Shown here piece after piece: positions 24,601 through 33,249 of a stretch of 64,000 bases of DNA. This stretch comes from Amphiscolops sp. MND2022. Its lineage: Eukaryota. A program made the position numbers and the translations under genes. Location: the NCBI GenBank assembly GCA_964187785.1, contig OZ076409.1, forward strand, positions 50,656,001 to 50,720,000. The letters run 5' to 3'. Numbering within the stretch: position 1 is the first letter of the stretch; each line of letters begins with the position of its first letter. The notes under the pieces are model-generated. The model did not search any database, was not told where the DNA came from, and saw only the letters and a list, made by a program, of their open reading frames with translations.

Positions 24601-26815
24601 ACTGGGCGCACTGATCCGCTTTGATGACTTTGTCGAGGTATTCCCTCATGAAACTCGAGAATGCGGATAGTGACCGGCTAAGGCCTTGTGCCAAGCGTCT
24701 GTAGGCGAATGTGCGACTGGCAAAATTGAAAGCCAACATTTCGATTGAGCGTTGGTCGGCCATTGGTAGGCAGTGGTATGCCTGCGAACAGTCTAATTTG
24801 CAGAACAGTTTTTTGCCTGCCAGGTGTTGGGCAGCATCAACTAGTGTGCTGACAGGATGATTATTGTTTATATAATCATCAGAAATCAGGTTGTTGATTT
24901 TTCTCAGGTCGACTAAAAGTCGCAGTTTCCCATTTGGTTTCTTTTGGGCGAATATTGGGCTTGCATACTTTGAGAACGGTAGAGTGGTGATGATGCCATA
25001 TTTGTGTAACATGGCTAATTCGACGAGGATGTCCTCCTTTAGATTGATAGGAGCTGGGAGACTTTGACTATAGGCTGGGGAATCGTCCTTAGGCGTCAGT
25101 TTCACCTTAAATTCCTCATTCATGCCTATATCGAATCGGTGTCTTGCGAAGATATCGTGGAATTCCACTAACAGTTCCTCTATTTTCTCCTTCTCTTCAG
25201 GAGTAAGGGTGGAATCTTTCCAATCGAAGTTTTCCAAGAATTTTGCACGTGATTCTTCATCTTTGGTGGGGTCGAGTGTCTCCAGTTCCTGTAAGGCCTG
25301 TAATTCTCGGAGGATTCGTTTCTGTATCGGTGTGTGTTCCTCAGGGTTTCCAGGATTTTCTGGAGTTGGGAACCAATAGTTTTCAGAATCTTGTAGATTT
25401 TTGTTGGTCTTGATGAGACTGCTGACGTAATGGGCCGCCTGCTCTTGGTCGTTTTGCAAAAGATGCCAGGTTGATGCCGGGTCTACCGGTTTAACATGTT
25501 TCATTTGTTCTGGCGTCATGACTGAGAAATTGGCAATATGGAGTCCCTTTTTGAGTTTGTAAGGGTGGTCTGTGAAATTGTTCACTGGTATCAATATATT
25601 GCCCTCATTCAGAGTGACCAAAGCTGGGCAAAATGTGATGTCGCCTTCTTCGTGTAGGAGGTCGCTCGGTTGCAAGATTCCGGTGACAGCATTCTCAGGG
25701 TACAACAGGGAATTGGTCCTAATTAGGACTTTATCATTTGGCGGAATGGTTATCTCGGTAGGGTTGAGAATTGGTTCTAACACGTTTGAGTATTTGTGAT
25801 CAGCTGTTTTGAGCTGCATTGAGAAGAACGGGAAATTCAGTATGCCTTGTCTCATGTCCAGAACTGTGTGGTTTCGTTGAAGGAACATTAGGCCGATAAT
25901 CGGACCTGTCAGGTGTTCCATGACTATAAAAATCTCATGAAACTCAATGTCGCCAACTTCAAATTTAAGTTCTATTGTGCTTTTGGGCGTTTCCAGTTGC
26001 CCATTAGCGACCATGATTTGGAAATTCGGAGGCGGACCTTCCCGGATAACAGATTGTGGAGATAAGAGTCGAATTTTCCGGAGGTCCATTTCTGGAATTG
26101 CACTGGACAATGCTCCAGTGTCAATGAGTCCATCTATGGTCAGCTCCCCAAAGTCCATGGGGAAGTACAACATGCGCTTCTTGCATTTGAGATTGATGTT
26201 GGTCGACAAGGGTATACAGTCTGGTTCACCGTCTCTGGTGATTAGGACGTTCTGGAATTGCTTCTCGTCTAATAGTGATTGTGGTGTAGGTTCGGAGTTG
26301 TCCTCATGGGCCTCGGTCCCCAATGGGTTCGGGAACACTGGGTGGTTCGTACCATCATTCATCTGCCAGTTTTCAACTAGTGCTCTGGTCTTTTTATTGT
26401 GGGTAATTGGAGGGTTCTCATGGACTGTTCTATTGTAGTGCTCGATGTCATCTAGGACATATTGGAATTGTAGTAGTTCCTGGTTGTAGATCTCTGTGTC
26501 CCAATAGGGATCTCTGCCGTAATCTGGATCTATGTAGGTAGGATTGTAATTGTCAACCAGGGGAATGGGCCTGAATCGGCTATTGAAAGCAGATGTATAG
26601 TCAGGGTCCCATACAGGAATTGGTTTTTGGAACAAATGAGTGTTATTGTATGTAATGATGGTAGCTTTTTCCATTTGTTGCTGCCAGACAACAGAGGGAT
26701 AGCCCATCAATTGTTGATTGTATTGGTGGAAAGTTTGCGTTGGAGGGTCCGATCTGATGTATTGTCGGACAGATATCAGTTCGTTGTATTGGAGTCGTGG
26801 CGAAGTTAGTTTTTT
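21611..26815 (-). CDS. pol: Pol polyprotein: protease, dUTPase-like segment, RT, RNase H, integrase
   Basis: LIDTGA (protease); QYVDD (RT); TDAS..E..TDN..ADYLSR (RNase H); H-H-CEQC zinc finger; IDL / TDKG / LER (DDE); VGPF motif. Frame is open up to 26818 and overlaps the end of gag in the -1 frame. Confidence 0.96.
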   Translation of the reverse strand, partial: KKLTSPRLQYNELISVRQYIRSDPPTQTFHQYNQQLMGYPSVVWQQQMEKATIITYNNTHLFQKPIPVWDPDYTSAFNSRFRPIPLVDNYNPTYIDPDYGRDPYWDTEIYNQELLQFQYVLDDIEHYNRTVHENPPITHNKKTRALVENWQMNDGTNHPVFPNPLGTEAHEDNSEPTPQSLLDEKQFQNVLITRDGEPDCIPLSTNINLKCKKRMLYFPMDFGELTIDGLIDTGALSSAIPEMDLRKIRLLSPQSVIREGPPPNFQIMVANGQLETPKSTIELKFEVGDIEFHEIFIVMEHLTGPIIGLMFLQRNHTVLDMRQGILNFPFFSMQLKTADHKYSNVLEPILNPTEITIPPNDKVLIRTNSLLYPENAVTGILQPSDLLHEEGDITFCPALVTLNEGNILIPVNNFTDHPYKLKKGLHIANFSVMTPEQMKHVKPVDPASTWHLLQNDQEQAAHYVSSLIKTNKNLQDSENYWFPTPENPGNPEEHTPIQKRILRELQALQELETLDPTKDEESRAKFLENFDWKDSTLTPEEKEKIEELLVEFHDIFARHRFDIGMNEEFKVKLTPKDDSPAYSQSLPAPINLKEDILVELAMLHKYGIITTLPFSKYASPIFAQKKPNGKLRLLVDLRKINNLISDDYINNNHPVSTLVDAAQHLAGKKLFCKLDCSQAYHCLPMADQRSIEMLAFNFASRTFAYRRLAQGLSRSLSAFSSFMREYLDKVIKADQCAQYVDDIGIAANDADHLIANLRATFKCIQKAGLKLTMHKCHFGAREIDFLGRTITPQGVKPQRQNVQNFLEKTKFPKSKKALQRYLGFLNYYRNYVPRLSERLAPFYKMLKSDEKVLVSKELVQQFEEINRALDKCCDLALQQPIPNKQIALMTDASFGAAGYAVLIEDDPSQKFTSIRKSYAPVAYGSKTFTPAQIKMSIYAKEFRAIYFAFKEFGHIFWGAPKPVIILTDNKAVTRFFQTKIVPPALWNACDYVIQFNFVIAHIPGAQNTAADYLSRLEADPKDKLVMKIREDVQTLPIEINVQSAGVSQEEQIFYTNDDDETEEQYWARKEAIRNNPVIEDPTVTIQTLSTNLTKQQPEIQDRLRKTNQIIIEQSKDAVLQQLKAKLLHEDYSENILQQDARYRHYANNLERIVLKDEILTRQYFDETGNVKYHQILLPQHLLRELLHSLHGTAHKHPGISKMLQEIRQRYYYPNMAKHVKKWVEGCEQCARDKRVPNATITPELLNLPEWDLGPEDAMQIDLLPNLPPSGGYENVLTAIDVFSRYLFAYPLTDASAINVAKALIDIMTKHSYLPTTLITDKGTAFTSTIIAEITQILGITLKCATTKHPQTIGKLERTHASLKTNLKMACGEYRRQWHKYLPLAVLNHNTSYHASIGCEPTRVFHGRIPYNILDHKLGTNPNEQIHPTTEFAEEIQNRTKLLIDKTKQNIMQSYIKYKEYYDRKAKAAPLKEGDYCFVLQPKADHQGSKIPFKDYRWVGPFIVQKTLPNENYIVRRLNTNKTQILHRIRLKKFVPNQPLEDNFREQRLQPDDEIIIPQDDLYVITWETNFGEQIDTRGSEPIPANSPNGEQPSTEQINNDANESDADYIITRETNNDNTAHSRNDRLNDDVTKRNEATGAIRNEEFDWPNPAVSPKTQEKSLPDMANGPNGNENSPERNSSNDNDAQNSPKRGDYIIVPEISEKDARNESLSPRGGKYNLRPNPNPNYSEDFRY

Positions 26816-28515
26816 GACTCATCGTTGGAAGATGAGGCCTGTGAGTTGGAAGATGTTGACTTATGTTGTGGTTTCTGCGCTTTTGAATTGGGTTTTCCGT
26901 CATTAGCGTCGTCTGGTCTGGTGCGTTTGGGTTTGAGATGCGCACCAGCGCCTTGCCAGCATCTTTCTTCCGGGTGGTTCTTTTTACCACAAGTGCCACA
27001 CTCCGGATACGTCTTTTTCTGAGTCTGTTTGCCTTGTTGGGCATCTTTTTCCTTTTTCTTCTTCAACTTTTCGCAGTCCTTGACCATATGGCCCTTTTCC
27101 TTGCAATAGTTGCAGGTTATATCTGACATTTGCCCAGTAGTTAGAGGAGTCTTGGATTTTGTCGAGGAGGTCATTGTGGCCATTGGTAGGTCGTCTGATT
27201 CCTCTAGTGCATTGAGTTCTAATTCTCTCTCCAAATGAGCAACTATTTCGTCATAAGAGCCATTTTCGAGTCTGGCCATGTTGACAGACCGCTTCAGTTT
27301 TGGTGGCAGCTTTGCGTAGAGCAAGCTGTCAATCATTTTCTGGGCGTGATCCCCAAATGCTTTTTCTGCCCCTTGATTTAGTTCTTCAAGGAAATCTGGT
27401 AATTTCATCGTATTGGGATCAAAGACCAGGCGGTGCCATTTATGCTTGGCAGTCGCCTGTGATTCGGGCTTGACGTATTTTCGTCTGAAGATGATTAATA
27501 CGTCTTCTAAAGTTTGTCTGTTGCTGGAGCTGATGTTTCTGAAGGTTTGAAGAGCATTCTTTCTCAATAAAGAGTGGAAGTGATTGATCTTCATTTGCTC
27601 AGTCATCTCTGGCTGCATCTTGATCATCGTATGGAACAGGTCCTCAAACAGCTCGAATTTTTCACTCTTGCCATCAAAAGTCATTGTGTTTGAGTTGACC
27701 GGGCGTATAGTGAGTTGTTGGGCTGTCGGCCTATTCTGCATCGTTGTCAAGACGTCTGCCAATCGAGTAATAGGGTCGGTTTGGGCAGCCGGAGCATTTC
27801 TCTCTTGCGCTGGGATCGTCGTGTCAAGGTTGATGTCCTCATAGGACCTGTCGAGATGGTTTCTGGATGAGACTCGTCCCGTGAGAAACTCGGGAACTTG
27901 AGGTGGAGATTCGTTGTCTCCTGTCACCATGTCATGAACGTTATGATTAGATATTCCACCCCTTTGGCGTACATCATGTCGTTCATTCCTGCAGTTAGTC
28001 CTAGCGTTCGAGTTGCGCTGTTCTTCGGCATCCGTTTCCGGTCTCTCAGCCGGGACTTCCCATCCTCTTCTAGTCTCATGGACCGATCCGGCCATCATGG
28101 CGTTTTGAATTTGAGGCAACACTTGACTATTTATAGCCTCATTGATGGCCCTTTGGATCTGTGAACTAACATTATTAAGCATATCGTCCATCTCTCTCGA
28201 GATCCTAGAATTTAATTCGCTTGACAACCTGTTTATCTCTGCAAGTGAGTTTGCTTCAGCTGAGTTTTGGCCCAAGTCGGCGCTTGTCCTGGGTTCATTG
28301 TTCCTACAATTAGAATATAGGCTTTCGTCCTCATTCTCTTGGTTGTCGCTTACAACACTATTCCTCCTCCTAGCTGAATTACTATCTAAACTCCTTTCTC
28401 TTTCAATCCCGTTAAAGTGATTGTTTCCTAGCATTATATCTAGGTTTTCAATATCCGAAAGGATCTCTAATCCTCTAGACTTTCTAGTCTTCTTCTGCTT
28501 TCTCGTTGTAGGCAT
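26806..28515 (-). CDS. gag: Gag (569 aa) with two CCHC zinc knuckles, starting inside the 5' LTR
   Basis: CNYCKEKGHMVKDC and CGTCGKKNHPEERC. Capsid-like FDGKSEKFELFEDLF region. Confidence 0.93.
   Translation of the reverse strand: MPTTRKQKKTRKSRGLEILSDIENLDIMLGNNHFNGIERERSLDSNSARRRNSVVSDNQENEDESLYSNCRNNEPRTSADLGQNSAEANSLAEINRLSSELNSRISREMDDMLNNVSSQIQRAINEAINSQVLPQIQNAMMAGSVHETRRGWEVPAERPETDAEEQRNSNARTNCRNERHDVRQRGGISNHNVHDMVTGDNESPPQVPEFLTGRVSSRNHLDRSYEDINLDTTIPAQERNAPAAQTDPITRLADVLTTMQNRPTAQQLTIRPVNSNTMTFDGKSEKFELFEDLFHTMIKMQPEMTEQMKINHFHSLLRKNALQTFRNISSSNRQTLEDVLIIFRRKYVKPESQATAKHKWHRLVFDPNTMKLPDFLEELNQGAEKAFGDHAQKMIDSLLYAKLPPKLKRSVNMARLENGSYDEIVAHLERELELNALEESDDLPMATMTSSTKSKTPLTTGQMSDITCNYCKEKGHMVKDCEKLKKKKEKDAQQGKQTQKKTYPECGTCGKKNHPEERCWQGAGAHLKPKRTRPDDANDGKPNSKAQKPQHKSTSSNSQASSSNDESKN
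26809..26815 (-). promoter_or_regulatory. -1 ribosomal frameshift slippery heptamer A_AAA_AAC
   Basis: Minus strand reads TCA AAA AAC TAA at the gag stop. The pol frame GTC AAA AAA CTA is -1 relative to gag. Confidence 0.85.
27912..27929 (-). promoter_or_regulatory. Primer-binding site, tRNA identity uncertain
   Basis: TGGTGACAGGAGACAACG directly after the LTR-terminal CA. Confidence 0.7.
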
Positions 28516-29854
28516 TGAGACTAAACCGGGTTGAAGAATTAAATTAATCAGGTCCGGAAAACAGTAATTGTTAACAGATTGTTATCAAGTTGATTGTGAG
28601 GAGCTTTTCGAAATTGTGTCTACTCAAAGGAAGTAGCTCCTATATATACTCCCTTGGGTGGGAAAAGCATGGTAGTAACTTTAAAAAATGTCATAACTAC
28701 ATTCCTAAAGCACCTGATCAGATCATATACATTCAAACATCAAAGTGCCGCTGAATTGTAGTAGCAAGGTCACGCGGCCGTTTAAATTCCTGCTTTGATA
28801 GGATTGAGAGGCATTCAAATAGCACGCGTTACTTCAAACAACATCTACTATAATATTTGCACTGCTGGTATTTGGGGAATGTCAGCTATCCCGTGCCGGC
28901 ACGTGCCCCAGTAGTAAGCTAAACAAACTTACATCAAATAACGTTACATGCATAATACATCTACAAATTGCATGTGTTAATTGACAAATGAGACCGGACT
29001 GGTCTTTCGGGCAAGTATTTGAAGCACCAACACACAACTGGTGTTAATCATATCAACCGATCTGGAGGACTACATAACTGTTTGTAACACACTCATTACT
29101 GTACATGTCATTTAGAATGCACAAAACAATCATATTGACCATCTGAGTAATAAATTGAATGGGTGGCCTAAATCGGCCATTATCCGGATAGGTATAGCAT
29201 CAGGGGAGGGAAATTAGGCAAATGGCCTTATTTGGCTAAGCATCAGGGGAAATGAAACAAAACACTAATTATCCAACGTGATCATTTAACAAACACAGAA
29301 ACGTAATTAAGCTACTTATTAATACAGTATAGCAGCGTCCACATCATTATCTTTTCATTAGCAACTTATGGCCGAAACCGGCCGTTTGACTCAAGTCCCG
29401 TTTAACAAAGGCGGAATTCAGTCATGTGGCCTTAACCGGCCATTAATTAAATACAGCACAAGTATTGTTCAAATGGATGAATGTGATTGGTTAGCACGAC
29501 TGCAGTAAGTTATATCGCCGAGAAGGGACGTTTTCGCACTTGAACACGTTTCCTTCTCGCGATTAACTTGCTCTCTTATTGTTTGCTATAGCATCAATAC
29601 AACTTCGCAATTTAATTCAGCTATTACAACAACGAACTGATTTGGCTAATCCCAAATCGTAATATTAACAGACTAATTTGAACATCCAATATAAGTGATC
29701 AAATAAAATAAATACAAACAAAATACATGATGTAAACGGTTTCTAAAGTTTTAGCAGTTTTATTCTTAAAAAGTTGGCAGTGTTCCGGGTATGACTTCTT
29801 GGTTGTTGCTTGTTGTCGTAATCATAGTGCCGTCACAGGCGGCAGCCTGCGACA
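27930..29854 (-). repeat. 5' LTR (1925 bp)
   Basis: Minus strand reads TGTCGCAGG...CATGACA and is followed by the PBS. Confidence 0.96.
28641..28648 (-). promoter_or_regulatory. Putative LTR TATA box
   Basis: GGGAG-TATATATA-GGAG about 125 nt upstream of the gag ATG. Confidence 0.5.
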
Positions 29855-30915
29855 GCACGGTACATCCGAATTTTGGACGTTGACTCCGAAGTGATTTGCA
29901 TTATACTACGGAAGAAGCTGCAGCTTCTTGCTGACGATCGAAATTATTCACGACGATCGAAATTATTACGACGATCGAAATTATTACGACACATACGAAT
30001 TTCGTCATTATATCCGAAGTAAAATTCGGATTTTATTTATGTCTGCAAATTGGGGGAGACCAAATGGTCCCCACTTTAAGATTTTTCCTCAGTATGCGAC
30101 GTTTTTCAAACGATTATTTAATCAAAGTGCCCCTTTTGATTTTTAGGAGGAATAAAGCATTATGTGAGAATAGAGGGCCACGTTCGGTTTTTTCGGCACA
30201 ATGAGACTAACCGAAGATCTAAAAAAAGTTGGTGGAAAAATTTTCCCAATTTCTGGTTTTTGAGTAAAACACTTTCGAAGTTCAAAGAGCGGCTTCATTG
30301 ATTAGTTTCCGGTCCTGTGGAACGGACGAAAGTTTTCGGAGAAATTGTGGAAATGATTTACGGTATTTTACGGCTCTGTGAGATTTTCCTTCAAAATATA
30401 TTCATTCGGTCGAAGTTAAATGTTTTCGGCTCGAAAAAAAAAACGTTTTGCGAGCTTGAAGTTCCAAATTTGGCACAATAAGATTTTTTTCTAGGAAAAA
30501 ACGTTCCGAAAAAAATAAGTACCAGAAAAAGTTTTTTTTTGTTGTTTCCATTGGAGAAAAAGTAAAGTGGTTTTCGAGTTTTATGCGTATTCCTTCGGGT
30601 ATTTTACGGCACTGAGAAAGTGATAAACTTATAACAATGGTGTCCTTTGCATTTTTAAGAAACTTGGTTTTTGGAATTTTGAGCGGGGCCCGGCTTCTTT
30701 GTTCAAATCGCAACAGAGGAATTGTATTAAATGCAATTAGCTGAAAGTCTTATCCATGAGCAAGTCCCATGGTCATTGAACAAGACGAGATGAAATACTG
30801 AACTTCGGGACGTGATAATTTGGTCGGTAGCGTGAACGCCAGTGGTATAATGGGTATGCTGATCGAGGCCCAACTGGCCACTGTTTTTGCTTGTTTTCAT
30901 TCACATTCAAGTATT

Positions 30916-31080
30916 TATTCTTTAGATTGATAGTTGGGCATTTCCACATTTTCATCAACTTTTGCATTTAAACCATTTTCGATGCATTTCACAATTATAT
31001 ATTTTCACAATCATTTGAAATGGTTCAAATGCAAAAATTGATGAAAACGTGGAAATGCCCAACAATCAATCTAAAGAATA
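30916..31080. repeat. Fold-back element, ~60-bp inverted arms
   Basis: TATTCTTTAGATTGATAGTTGGGCATTTCCAC... / ...GTGGAAATGCCCAACAATCAATCTAAAGAATA. Confidence 0.8.
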
Positions 31081-31264
31081 TATTCCTTATTCTAATATAT
31101 TCCTTATTCAGAACGATTATCGTCCAGTGAATTCTCATTTTTGTTCATTTGATTTGTATACTACATGATCACAAAGTAATTCAAGTTTTCAAATCAAATC
31201 ATTCACATTTGTTAGTTTTTCCTCTGAAACTCTTGGCAAGATTGCAACATTTTAAAAAAAAACA

Positions 31265-31770
31265 ATTCAATGTAGCAACCTCAACAAGTTTATGGTCCAT
31301 TGAACAGTGGGGATCAGCTGTATATACTACATTTTCAATGACACTCAATTTTCTGATAGTCATCGTGTTAAAATAGCATTAAATGTGATCATTATTACGT
31401 CATGTCTGAACAGGGTTGAAAATAGCATCAGTATTGACTTCAAAAGGAAAGGTCTGCAAAAGCCAGAAGGGGGAAAGGCGACGCGCCTTGGGTACTTTAG
31501 ACTGACAGTACTGATTTGTTTACTTTTTATCTAGTGGATGAGACATCAAACAGTGAACTAAAACAGCACAATGGACCGATGGTCCGCTGGACTCCAGAAG
31601 TAATACTAGCAGCGCTGTGATTGTTCAATAGTTTGGTTGGACCACGCGTCAACCAGACTACAGCGCTGTACTAGTTGAAAGCATTTCGTTTATCTCTCTA
31701 GTACTGTACTTGTTTAATTGCAGTTCATGGTAGTTCAAACTGCATAAAATATCACAAGTAGTACAGTTCC
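31265..31770 (+). repeat. ~500-bp dispersed repeat, copy 1
   Basis: Clearly similar to 36005..36510 and more distantly to 62925..63090. Internal CTAGCAGCGCTG...CAGCGCTGTACTAG inverted repeat. Confidence 0.8.
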
Positions 31771-33249
31771 GCTTAAATGCACTTATAGTTATGCTAATTG
31801 TGTGTAATTCATATAAATACGAAATATTAAGCACGTATGATAGTAAAGTTCAATTTCGGTAATAAGTATTTTGCTGTAGTCAGTTGGACCGAAAATCCAA
31901 TTAGATAAATATCGCAGGAGGCAGCATGCGACAGTCCCAGTCCCCCTGGTTCAAATAGAAACGTACCAGTCTGCTTTCAAGTTATAGCTACTTTTAAATG
32001 TCGATTCGCACTCTACGCACTAAGGTAATAGGGACTGCAGGTCAGTTCGATACCAGTAATTGTTCTCCTCCAATGACAATGCAGCGTTGATATGAAAGTG
32101 AGAATTCTTCTGTTGAAACTGATAAATAACTGAAAGAAATGATAATAGGAAATAACAGAAATGGCGAGGTAAGTTGGTGAACTATGAATTACTGGAGAGA
32201 ACTAATTGCCAAAAGATGCCAACTGAGATGAGCACAAATTGCGCCTTTAGTTGGCGAGACTTATGTACGTATAACGCCAAATGTACGTAATATCCAAATT
32301 AATCCAATTACATTTAGATATTTAGTAACAACCATGTTTGTCTTTTCTGGTTCATTTAGATGCTGAGTAAATGAATTCTTCCCTGAGGATCACTCAAGTT
32401 TTCTAATAACAACTTGAAGGTTGTTAAATTACCAACACTAACTTTCGTCAACAAACTGCTTCAAAGACCGTCGATCCGCTTGACTACAGTGATTGTATTA
32501 ACGAATCAGATTTGAACGATAAAGTAAAGAAGAAAATAACAAAAATTCAGAAATGAAAGAAAATTATTGAATAAAAAAATTTGCGCTAAATATAGAAATG
32601 AGATGAATGCTAACTTTTGTGTGCTTCACTGGCACACTAAATAACAATTGTACATAGTACTAGAGAAGGGGTATGACATAATTAATAATCGTATTTACAT
32701 GTAGGCAAAGACATCTGTCTCAAAAGGTCTATTTGGTTCAGCATACAAAAATTTAGTGTAGTGTAGTCTAAGGTACTTTTGGTCGAATAGGTCAATGATT
32801 GTACGCAAGTAACTGAGTGTAGTCATTTGTACTTATGGTCCATTATTTAACAATATAAGTACGCTAATAACTGAGTGTAGTCTAGAGTACTCGTGGTCCT
32901 TTAATATTGATCACAGGCAGTTGCGCTACGTGTATTAAAGTGTGTAGAGCATGGTGAGCCAGTTTGTATTGTAGTTTCCAGTCATTTCACCTCTTCAAGA
33001 CATTCATATATCATTATTAAAATACGATAAAAAATGAAAACATCTTGTAGACAAATGAATAAATATGGCACAAAATGACGAAATTCGATAGTTGACGGCG
33101 GATGAAGTGCAGGATAATGGAGTAACTTAATACTTTTCTGTATATCGATGACAGGCTCCATGACAATAGAAAGGGATTATAATTAAGTAATACTGAAGCA
33201 CTATAGTGGAATACTACATGTAGCTAAGTCTGAAATGAGGTGGAACCTT

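Larger units (their letters stand above)
13436..29854 (-). mobile_element. Full-length complex Ty3/Gypsy LTR retrotransposon (16.4 kb) with accessory genes
   Basis: TG...CA-ended direct repeats at 13436..15360 and 27930..29854. 5-bp TSD GCACG at 13431..13435 and 29855..29859. gag and PR-RT-RH-IN pol on the minus strand. Confidence 0.97.

Noticed and set aside
21682..28420. Many short ORFs antisense or out-of-frame to gag/pol (also within 55394..60219)
   Set aside because: Shadow ORFs expected from codon bias of the long real ORFs.
29934..29990. ACGATCGAAATTATT repeated three times next to the LTR
   Set aside because: Simple local minisatellite outside the TSD with no evident link to the element.
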